From the NCBI GenBank assembly GCA_049793535.1, contig JBARBX010000783.1:1-34849 (forward strand): a stretch of DNA of 34,849 nucleotides. Reading direction: 5' to 3'. Origin of the DNA: Steroidobacteraceae bacterium (lineage in GTDB: Bacteria; Pseudomonadota; Gammaproteobacteria; Steroidobacterales; Steroidobacteraceae). The notes beneath the pieces are model-generated. The model ran no database searches. It worked only from the letters and a program-made list of their open reading frames with translations, and had not been told where the DNA came from. Positions 26,950 to 34,490 of the stretch are shown here, piece by piece. The translations under genes were made by a program, and so were the position numbers. Every line of letters starts with the position of its first letter. Positions within the stretch are counted from its first letter, which is position 1.

Positions 26950-28268
26950 GCCCGGCCTCCTAGATTCAGTGCCGGCAGATCGGCGGCGACAGTCGTCGTG
27001 GGGGTCCGCAGCGACGATTTTCCGAGCCACTGGCCGCGTCTCTCCCGCTCGGGCCCCGGTTTCCACAGCAGCAAGCTCAGCGCCAGCCCATGGGCAAATG
27101 GCGTGTAGATTCCGTTTAGAAGGTAGGTGATACCGATTGCGAGCGTCAGAATTCGCGGTGCCGGCGAGTAAAATAGGCAGCAAAACAGAAATCCAAAATA
27201 CGCGACCGCCCCGACCAGGCCGAATTCGAGCACGATCTTGAACAGCGCCATCTCGTCCGCGCCATAGTGGGCGCGCGAGGCATAGTTGCTAAAGGCGCCG
27301 GCCCCATATCCGAACAACGCCCGCCAGGGATCGCCCCACAGGAATCGATCGAAGAGATAGAACCCGCCTACAAAGCGCGAGAAGCCGCTCGAATGACTCG
27401 AGCCGAACTCGGCCAGCCGCGACAGTAAACGGACCGGGTGCACGTACTCGTGCAACAGAATGATCGCCACCGATCCCAGCATTCCGGCGAGCAGAAGCCC
27501 CCAGCGACGCCGAGCCACCAGGCACCAGGGCAGGCAAACGGCGAGCACCACGATGCCGGTACCGGAATACGATGCGATCAGCGCCAGCCCGAATATGGCG
27601 AGACGGGTTATCCGGCCCCGGGTGCACAATTCAGCAAGTATGGCGACGGCAAGGAACTGACTGAAAAAGGAGGGCTCCAGGAAAAAGACGCCGTTGGCCC
27701 GGTATTCATGCGAGCCGTACTCCATCGCCGCCTGATGATTGAAGTGCTGGACAATGAACGTGTTGGGGACGAAATTCTCGATGGGGAACAGATAGCGCGG
27801 ACTGACGAAGAATTGCAGGCAGAATTGCGCAATGCCCAACAAGGCAAAGATCGTGGCCACTCCCAGAAAGAACCCGATAATGCGGTCGCCGTCGTCGCTG
27901 TGCGGCACGGTCACCGCATACGGCAGATGCACGGCGACCAGCAGCAGCAACGACAAGGGAGAGAATGCTTCCGGCTGCAGGAGTTGAATCAGACCCAGAG
28001 ATCCAACGAGCATGAAATAGAGGGTCAATCGCCGTGGCTCGATGCGCATGCCGCCGCCGACCGTGCCCGCGATGACGGCTGCCAGCAACACGAAAATGGA
28101 GATACCGATTCCCTGTGCGCCGAAGGGCGGAATCGCGAAATTCGACAGAAAAGTGGCGCCGATCAGCGGCGTGACCAGGAGGGCGAAACGCAGCCCGTTC
28201 GTCGCCGGGACTGCGCCGCCCGCGGCATCCGCGGTTGCGCGCGTGGGCGCTGCAATCGCGCTAGCCAT
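26946..28268 (-). CDS. Wzy-like polysaccharide polymerase / O-antigen-ligase-family membrane protein
   Basis: 440 aa with about 10-12 TM helices and a larger loop in the C-terminal half. No other enzyme motif. Sits between the chain-length/kinase genes and the GTs, and overlaps the upstream gene by 8 nt. Confidence 0.7.
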   Translation of the reverse strand: MASAIAAPTRATADAAGGAVPATNGLRFALLVTPLIGATFLSNFAIPPFGAQGIGISIFVLLAAVIAGTVGGGMRIEPRRLTLYFMLVGSLGLIQLLQPEAFSPLSLLLLVAVHLPYAVTVPHSDDGDRIIGFFLGVATIFALLGIAQFCLQFFVSPRYLFPIENFVPNTFIVQHFNHQAAMEYGSHEYRANGVFFLEPSFFSQFLAVAILAELCTRGRITRLAIFGLALIASYSGTGIVVLAVCLPWCLVARRRWGLLLAGMLGSVAIILLHEYVHPVRLLSRLAEFGSSHSSGFSRFVGGFYLFDRFLWGDPWRALFGYGAGAFSNYASRAHYGADEMALFKIVLEFGLVGAVAYFGFLFCCLFYSPAPRILTLAIGITYLLNGIYTPFAHGLALSLLLWKPGPERERRGQWLGKSSLRTPTTTVAADLPALNLGGRA

Positions 28269-29139
28269 CGATCACCGCGCCGAGCAATGAGACCTCCGCC
28301 GACTCGAGCTGCGCTTTGGCGCGCAATACATCGTCCAGCCGCACACTGTGGCGCTTGATCGCCAGAATTGCCCCGCGCGCGCGCGCTGCGATTAGCTGCG
28401 CGTCGGCGCACTCGCGGATTGGCGGTGTATCGACGATCACAACATCGTATTTGACGGGCGCGGTCTCCATCAGGTAGCCGAATGAAACACGCCCGAGCAG
28501 TTCCTGCGGGTTGGGAGGCGGCTCACCGGCGCACAGCACGGACAAACAACCGATACCTGGAACCATCGAGAGCGCATTTTCGAGGTCTTCGCCCTTGATG
28601 CAGTCCACCAGGCCGTACTGCGGCTCGATTCCGAAGAGCAAGTGCTGCAACGGCGCGCGGAGGTTCGCGTCGATGAGCAGTGTCCGCTCACCGAGCTGCG
28701 CAAATGTCACCGCCAGATTTGCAGCGAGCGCGCTGCAGCCGTTTCCCGGCCTCGGTTCGATTACGGCCAGAACTCGATTGCTGCGGCCGAACCAGCGCAG
28801 CATCAGATCGCTGCGCAAGGTCCGCAGTTCCTCTGCGCGCTTGCTGTAAGGTTGATACGCAGTGACGACCTCCGGACTCAAGTCGGAATCGCCCGGCTTC
28901 AGCACGGGGAATTCTATTTGCCGAGCGAGCGCCCGCCGGACGTCCCGCTCGCTGGCCAGCCCCAAACGCGACGCGACCTCGCCAAAGCGCTCGCCACAAT
29001 CCCGTTGCGCCGCCAAAATGACCTTGATGTCTTGTTCGGTCAGCGTTCCGTCGTTCTGCAACAGTTCGCCAAGCCGGGTGTCGATCAAAGTGGGAGCCAT
29101 CGCTCCTCGCTGCCGCGAGATTTTTCTGGTTACCGTCAC
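28261..29139 (-). CDS. BY-kinase-like (MinD/ParA-fold) protein with degenerate Walker A and an N-terminal MshEN/T2SSE_N-like domain
   Basis: Core: VLAVIEPRPGNGCSALAANLA (Walker A position, Lys replaced by Cys), LLIDANLRAP (Walker A'), YDVVIVDTPP (Walker B). The N-terminus has RLGELLQNDGTLTEQDIKVILAAQ-RDCGE-RFGEVASRLGLASERDVRRALARQ. There is no C-terminal Tyr cluster. Start is the GTG at 29139 or the ATG at 29100. Confidence 0.75.
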   Translation of the reverse strand: MTVTRKISRQRGAMAPTLIDTRLGELLQNDGTLTEQDIKVILAAQRDCGERFGEVASRLGLASERDVRRALARQIEFPVLKPGDSDLSPEVVTAYQPYSKRAEELRTLRSDLMLRWFGRSNRVLAVIEPRPGNGCSALAANLAVTFAQLGERTLLIDANLRAPLQHLLFGIEPQYGLVDCIKGEDLENALSMVPGIGCLSVLCAGEPPPNPQELLGRVSFGYLMETAPVKYDVVIVDTPPIRECADAQLIAARARGAILAIKRHSVRLDDVLRAKAQLESAEVSLLGAVIDG

Positions 29140-30611
29140 TAGAGTTTCTCCACGATTTTCGGTTCCATCCGCGGTCTTTTCCCCCTGGGTCTAAACCAGC
29201 CGCGACGCCGGCGGTAGCGCCGCAGGGAGATGTTCACGACCGGCAGTTCGGCCAACACGGCGATACCGGCTCCTTCCAGCAGGTCGGTGCGCGTGTGAAT
29301 GCGCTGATCGAACCGTTCCCTGATCAAACTTGCACCGACGGCGAGCATTGACCCCAGAATGACCCCCAAAGCAAGATTGAGAAGCAGCCGCGGCGATGAG
29401 GGCTTCATCGGGGGGAACGCGTAGTTCAAAATGGCGGTGTTGGTGTTTTTGAGCCGGCTCTCCAGCTTCGTCTCGCCGCCGCGCTGCATGGCTGAGTCGT
29501 ACGCGGTACGAGCGCTCTCTTCATCCCGCTTGAGTACTGAATACTCGTCCTGGTTGTGCTGGAGGTCGAGGATGCGCTTGCGCTGTTGGTCCATCGCGCG
29601 CTGCAAATCCGCGACGTTCTGCTTTGCCACCCGCGCTTCCCTCGACACCGCCGCATTGGCGTTGGCGACTTCGGCCGCCACTTTGCCGCGCAGCGACTCG
29701 AGTTCGGCCTGCGCGCTGATATACTGCGGGTGATTGTGGTCATAGCGCTGCGACACTTCGGCGAACTTTGCGGTAGAGCGCGCGAGCTCGGTCTTTAGGT
29801 TCTGCAGCAACGGGTTTTGCTGAACATTTACCGATTCGTCGGCGAGACCCTTGGCGGCCGCATCGTTCATCTGCTGCTGCCGAGTCTCGGCATCGTACAT
29901 GGCGGCCTGCGCATCGACGAAGCGATTCGAGAGCTCGGTCAACCGTGCTGTCTCGACGTCGATCTTGTTGCTGTTGTTGTTGTCGTTGTCAGTACCGATG
30001 AGGCCATGTTGCGCCTGATAGGCCGATAGCTTTCCCTGGGCGGTTTCCAACGTCGCTCTAAGGTCGTTGACTTGCTGAGCGAACCAACCCGCCTGGCGGC
30101 GCGCGGGGTCGGTTTTGAGTTCGAGGCTGGCCTCCAGGTACCCTTCCGAAAATGCGTTCGTGATATCCGCGGCCGCCTGCGGAGACTTGCTGGTGTACTC
30201 GACGAAGATGACGTCGCTGTCGCGCGACGGCTTTACGGTCAGCGATTTCAGTATCTCGTCCGCCGCCCAATCGCGTATGGACCCGACCCCGCCGGTCTTG
30301 TCGTTAAATTTCTCGACGATCTGCGGATCGGCGGTCAATTTCATGCGATCGACCACCTTCAGCGCGACATTATGGCTGTCGATGACGTCGACCTGGGTCG
30401 CCACGTAGTTTGCCTCCTGCGCCGACTGCATGACGCCGTCCTGTGCCAGCGGATCAATGCCATGCGCATCGACCACTACCGCCGATTCGCCCGTGTACTT
30501 CTTCGGCAACAGCAGGCTCGCAGCGAGCGCGACCGCCACGACGGACACGATGATCCACATGGACATCGCCCTGTGTACCCAGAGAATCCGCATTAACTGT
30601 GATAAGCGCAT
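29139..30611 (-). CDS. Polysaccharide co-polymerase / chain-length determinant (Wzz domain, PCP-2 type, EpsF-like)
   Basis: N-terminal TM helix followed by LLPKKYTGESAVVVD (Wzz motif region). A long coiled-coil periplasmic domain, a second TM helix (LLLNLALGVILGSMLAVGASLI) and a basic tail (RRYRRRRGWFRPRGKRPR). Confidence 0.85.
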   Translation of the reverse strand: MRLSQLMRILWVHRAMSMWIIVSVVAVALAASLLLPKKYTGESAVVVDAHGIDPLAQDGVMQSAQEANYVATQVDVIDSHNVALKVVDRMKLTADPQIVEKFNDKTGGVGSIRDWAADEILKSLTVKPSRDSDVIFVEYTSKSPQAAADITNAFSEGYLEASLELKTDPARRQAGWFAQQVNDLRATLETAQGKLSAYQAQHGLIGTDNDNNNSNKIDVETARLTELSNRFVDAQAAMYDAETRQQQMNDAAAKGLADESVNVQQNPLLQNLKTELARSTAKFAEVSQRYDHNHPQYISAQAELESLRGKVAAEVANANAAVSREARVAKQNVADLQRAMDQQRKRILDLQHNQDEYSVLKRDEESARTAYDSAMQRGGETKLESRLKNTNTAILNYAFPPMKPSSPRLLLNLALGVILGSMLAVGASLIRERFDQRIHTRTDLLEGAGIAVLAELPVVNISLRRYRRRRGWFRPRGKRPRMEPKIVEKL

Positions 30612-30628
30612 AAAGACTCGCGTTGGGT

Positions 30629-31447
30629 TCAGAAAATGCTCGCCTTGATCAACAGCACGTCGTTCGGCTGCAATACGTCATCCTTCTCGACCGAGTACTT
30701 GTGCTCCTTGCCCGCCGCATCCACGCGCTTGACCACCGCACCGCGCTGGGTGCCGCGCGGCATGAGGCCGCCGCCGATGGAAATGGCCTGAGAAATGGTT
30801 GTATCGCGCATCAGCCGGTATTGCCCCGGATGCTGCACCTGCCCGTAGATGTAGAACTGCGGTGCGTGAGGCACGAATATGGTGTCGCCGTCCTGCACGC
30901 TATAGTTCACCGCGGGGTCGCCGTCGAACAGCTTCTGTAGATCGATGACAACGCGCTTTCCGTCGGCTCGAACCAGCGTTCCCTCGTCCGCAGCCGTGTC
31001 GTTGAGCACCCCGCCGGCCATCGCCAGCAAGTCCAGCACTTTTTTCGAGGCGTCGAGCGGATACTGTCCGGGCTTCGCGACCTGGCCCATGACGGACACC
31101 TTCTGGCTCTGAAACTCCTCGACCAGCACCGATACCTCCGGCTGCTTGACGAAGCCGCCTTCGATCAAACGCCGCGCCAGGAGCAGTTCGGTCTCGCGGG
31201 TCGACAATCCGGCGACGGACACCATGCCGACCAGGGGAAAGGTGATATTGCCGGTTTGACTGACGCGCGCATCGACGCTCAATTCGTCGTGGTCGAACAC
31301 GGCGACCCTGATCAGGTCGCCGGCGCCGAGCCGGTAGTCCTGCGGTTTGGCGACCGCTTGCGTCATCCACATCAGCGCCGCCACCGACAGAAGGGATACT
31401 TGGAAGAACCGGCCGCTTCGAAGGCTCGTCCGCCGGTCAGTACGCAT
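30629..31447 (-). CDS. Periplasmic/outer-membrane polysaccharide export protein (Wza/OPX family, short EpsE-like form)
   Basis: Track ORF 30629..31486, trimmed to the ATG at 31447. Signal peptide. Poly_export motif YRLGAGDLIRVAVFDHDELS...GNITFPLVGMVSVAGLSTRETE, followed by an SLBB-like repeat. At about 272 aa it is too short to include a Wza-type C-terminal OM helix. Confidence 0.85.
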   Translation of the reverse strand: MRTDRRTSLRSGRFFQVSLLSVAALMWMTQAVAKPQDYRLGAGDLIRVAVFDHDELSVDARVSQTGNITFPLVGMVSVAGLSTRETELLLARRLIEGGFVKQPEVSVLVEEFQSQKVSVMGQVAKPGQYPLDASKKVLDLLAMAGGVLNDTAADEGTLVRADGKRVVIDLQKLFDGDPAVNYSVQDGDTIFVPHAPQFYIYGQVQHPGQYRLMRDTTISQAISIGGGLMPRGTQRGAVVKRVDAAGKEHKYSVEKDDVLQPNDVLLIKASIF

Positions 31448-32897
31448 CGCGATCGCTCCAGAGCAGACCGATCGTCCGCAGGACAATCATCAGGTCGAGT
31501 CGTAGCGACCAGTTCTTCAGGTATTCCAAGTCGAACTCGATTCGCTTTGTCATGGTGCGCAAATCATCCCCGCCGCGGTAGCCGTTGACCTGCGCCCAAC
31601 CGGTGATGCCGGGTTTAACCTTGTGGCGGAACATGTAGCTCGGAATCAGGCTGCGGTAGTGCTCGTTCACCGCAATGGCGTGGGGGCGCGGGCCGACCAA
31701 GCTCATGCTTCCCTCGAGGACATTGAACAATTGCGGCAATTCATCCAATGAAGTCCGTCGAATGAAGGCGCCGAACGGCGTCACCCGATCGTCGTCGCGC
31801 GTGACCTGCGTATAGGTCGTTGCACCATCCTCGGTCACCGTCATGGACCGGAATTTGTAGACCTGAATGGCGCGGCCGTCGAGGCCGTAACGAAGTTGCT
31901 TGAATATTGCGGGGCCCTGGGAGGTGCGCTTGACGCCGACGGCGACGGCGACCAGCACCGGCCATACGCACAGCAGGATCAGGAGGGACAATATGATGTC
32001 GCTGACACGCTTTGCGACCGATCGCACGCCGAAGAAAGGCGACTCATTGACCGCGAACACCGGCATGCCATGCAGTACATCGACACGCACCTGGATATCG
32101 TTGAGAGAATACAAATCCGGAACGAAGTAGACCGACGCCACCGTGTCGCGCAATCCACCCAATAGCTCGGCAAGTTTGGGGTGCGGCGACATCGGCAGGG
32201 TGATGTAGACCACATTAACCCCGTGTTCCCGCACGAAAGTCGGCGCATCGCATATCCGGCCCAGTGGCAATTCCCCACAGCGCGGGAGACCGCCCGCCGG
32301 CCGGTCATCAAAGAATCCCAGCAAATTGACGCGCATCAGGGGCTGTTCCAAGATCTTCCCGCCCAACAAAAGACCTTGTTTGCCCGCGCCGATGATGACA
32401 GCACGGCGCGGCGCATGCCTGACACCCACATACAGCAAAATCCGGCGCACGCCGATGGTGCCGCTCCACAGTACGAGCGGCGTGAAGACAAACCAAGCCA
32501 TCAATGCGCCATCTCTCGGTGAGATGCGCAAGCCGGTCAGATACAGCACCACAGTCACACAGGCGCCGACGGCGACCCATCGCACGACCATGTCCAACAG
32601 CCAGCGCAGCTCCTGGTGTATTTCCGCCGGGTCGTGATCCACGCGAGAGTCGCCCAACAATTCCGCGGTGCCGGCAAACGCCAGCACCGCAATCAAAAAA
32701 TACGTGCCGCTAAACGAGCGCTTCCCCAACCACAAGCAGAACACGAGAAACGCCACCGTGGTTACGGGATAAAACAGCGCCTTGACCATGAATACGGCGG
32801 CGGAATCAAACGAAGTCACGTCCTGCGACTGGGGCTGCGATCGTGCATGAACAATGTCAGCGACCAGCGACTCATCGATCATCAGTTCACCACTCAT
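31437..32897 (-). CDS. Polyprenyl-phosphate hexose-1-phosphate transferase (priming glycosyltransferase, WcaJ/EpsB-like)
   Basis: Track ORF 31437..33284, trimmed to the ATG at 32897, just after the upstream stop at 32927. It has 4-5 N-terminal TM helices and a Rossmann-like middle domain (VIIGAGKQG). The C-terminal bacterial sugar-transferase domain reads SLVGPRPHA...KPGITGWAQVNGYRG. Confidence 0.9.
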   Translation of the reverse strand: MSGELMIDESLVADIVHARSQPQSQDVTSFDSAAVFMVKALFYPVTTVAFLVFCLWLGKRSFSGTYFLIAVLAFAGTAELLGDSRVDHDPAEIHQELRWLLDMVVRWVAVGACVTVVLYLTGLRISPRDGALMAWFVFTPLVLWSGTIGVRRILLYVGVRHAPRRAVIIGAGKQGLLLGGKILEQPLMRVNLLGFFDDRPAGGLPRCGELPLGRICDAPTFVREHGVNVVYITLPMSPHPKLAELLGGLRDTVASVYFVPDLYSLNDIQVRVDVLHGMPVFAVNESPFFGVRSVAKRVSDIILSLLILLCVWPVLVAVAVGVKRTSQGPAIFKQLRYGLDGRAIQVYKFRSMTVTEDGATTYTQVTRDDDRVTPFGAFIRRTSLDELPQLFNVLEGSMSLVGPRPHAIAVNEHYRSLIPSYMFRHKVKPGITGWAQVNGYRGGDDLRTMTKRIEFDLEYLKNWSLRLDLMIVLRTIGLLWSDRDAY

Positions 32898-32926
32898 GAC
32901 ATCCGGATGGCAACGAACACTCAAGG

Positions 32927-33310
32927 TCAGCCATAGGGCGTAATCCGCCTTTGCGGCAACGACTTGTGTTTGTGCCGAAGCTGCAGAACGATCAATCCAA
33001 GGGCCGCCAGCATGATCAACCAACCATTGAAGGTCCCTGTATTGGCGGCCTGTCGCTGCACAAACGCTGAAGTGGCCCTCATCCTTTTGACCACGCGGCC
33101 CTTGATGTTCGAGAAATTGGCGCGCGGTCCCGGATAGCTGCCTCGCTCGCCTGATTTCGACAGCGTTCGCGCGGGAGGTTCCATCGTCGGCAGAGTTATG
33201 GGGTCGATGGCGAGAGATGCCTCCGCCTGTTGCGTTTGCGCATCGGAGCTGCTCGCATTCGTGTACGCGATCGCGCACAGGCATACCAACAACAATTTAC
33301 AACGTCTCAT
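32927..33310 (-). CDS. Small exported protein with C-terminal TM helix plus basic anchor; first gene of the EPS operon
   Basis: ATG at 33310 (the track start at 33325 is a TTG). Signal peptide MRRCKLLLVCLCAIAYTNA, then an 80-aa polar low-complexity region, then WLIMLAALGLIVLQL-RHKHK. No family recognised. Support for coding comes from its position 30 nt upstream of the priming GT and its signal/anchor architecture. Confidence 0.45.
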   Translation of the reverse strand: MRRCKLLLVCLCAIAYTNASSSDAQTQQAEASLAIDPITLPTMEPPARTLSKSGERGSYPGPRANFSNIKGRVVKRMRATSAFVQRQAANTGTFNGWLIMLAALGLIVLQLRHKHKSLPQRRITPYG

Positions 33311-33473
33311 ATCTGATAACCCCAATTGCGTCCCCAGTACAGGGATGGTTATCCGCGGCGCTCCAATGCGGTAAAAAATACTAGCAAGCGGCCCGCCGGC
33401 GAAACAGCGTCGCGGATATCCGACAACGCGTGCAATATTTACCTGGCGCGCCGCGAATGATCGACGCGCTTCC

Positions 33474-33500
33474 GCGCCACAGTGTTCAAACCTGTGGCGC
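33474..33500. promoter_or_regulatory. Perfect inverted repeat GCGCCACAG-N9-CTGTGGCGC upstream of the EPS operon, flanked by CGCGAAT(G/C)AT copies
   Basis: Arms lie at 33474-33482 and 33492-33500, extendable by one C-G pair (33473/33501). CGCGAATGAT lies near 33453-33462 and CGCGAATCAT near 33506-33515. No U-tract on either strand, so it is not a canonical intrinsic terminator. Confidence 0.35.
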
Positions 33501-33637
33501 GCTTTCGCGAATCATTCTGGATCAGTGATGCGTTGTGGGCGACGTTTCGGAAGCGCACGTTGCTGTCGGATTTCTCCTACGGCGTTGCTTTAACGCACGT
33601 CGAACATATCGTCCCGCGTTGGGCGGCGCCTGCGCAA

Positions 33638-34465
33638 TCAGCTCACTTGCTCGGACTTGCCGGCAAATAGGGTCTCATGGCGGGCGCAAATGGAAGGCCA
33701 GAGGCTTGCTGCTTCGGGGATGTCGAGGTCGAATCTGTCTCGGAGGGTCGCGCCGAGTTCGTCTGCGGAGTTCAGCCATTTCTTGTCGATGCGCGTCGTA
33801 TGTGTAGTCGCCAAAACCCGGCCGCGTAGGGAGACGTGCGTATCGGCCGTGCGGCGTTGGACGACGAGATTCTGGATAAACGGGGAAGCCGGATCGGATT
33901 GAAGGAATTGGCACTTCCGCGCCAATAACGCTTCGTCGGCGGGAGCAGCACGAAAGTCGAAGCTGAAAGGGTCGCCGTCGCCATGCGCCGTTTCAGAAAA
34001 TCGCCAGTACCCTCCAACCAGCTCGCTCAGCTCAACACGGTACGGTGGGTCCTCGCGTTCCGATGCTCTCAGCGGCAACGGCTCCGCCAGGCTTCCTCCA
34101 AACCCAACATCGACGAGATAGCGCTGATCGAGGCGAACCAGCAAGCACAAGTGATTGCCGAGCTGTGCATCACCCGTCCTCACCCGCATGACGCCTGCGC
34201 TCATGCGCATCACCTCGAAGCCTATTTGCTCCAGTGCCCATCCCATCACGCCGTTCAGCTCATAGCACCAGCCGCCGCGTCGCCGGTAGACGATCTTGTC
34301 GTAACTCGCCTCCAGGTCCAGGGCGACGGGGCGACCGAGCTGCACGTCGATATTTTCGAACGGGATCGCGTGTTGATGCGCCCGATGGATGGCTTTGAGC
34401 GTCGCGAGATCCGGCCGCGCGCTGCCGTCAAAACGGATGCGACGCAAATAGTCTGCAAGGTGCAT
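33638..34465 (-). CDS. Arylamine N-acetyltransferase (NAT family)
   Basis: MHLADYLRRIRFDG...DLATLKAIHRAHQHAIPFENIDV...RRGGWCYELNG (catalytic Cys motif). The 275 aa length is typical of NAT. Confidence 0.9.
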   Translation of the reverse strand: MHLADYLRRIRFDGSARPDLATLKAIHRAHQHAIPFENIDVQLGRPVALDLEASYDKIVYRRRGGWCYELNGVMGWALEQIGFEVMRMSAGVMRVRTGDAQLGNHLCLLVRLDQRYLVDVGFGGSLAEPLPLRASEREDPPYRVELSELVGGYWRFSETAHGDGDPFSFDFRAAPADEALLARKCQFLQSDPASPFIQNLVVQRRTADTHVSLRGRVLATTHTTRIDKKWLNSADELGATLRDRFDLDIPEAASLWPSICARHETLFAGKSEQVS

Positions 34466-34490
34466 ACCTGAATTTTACCGGATCGGCGAG

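Noticed and set aside
32927-33040. A PEP-CTERM sorting signal at the C-terminus of the small leader protein.
   Set aside because: The TM helix plus basic cluster is present, but the defining Pro-Glu-Pro motif is absent (the sequence is TGTFNGW). No exosortase gene is in the window. I kept only the architecture-level observation.
33474-33500. A tRNA T-arm look-alike (GTTCAAACC inside a stem), or an intrinsic terminator for the NAT gene.
   Set aside because: The stem is 9-10 bp with a 9-nt loop, not the 5 bp and 7 nt of a T-arm. No acceptor, D or anticodon arms can be drawn, and no U-tract follows on either strand.
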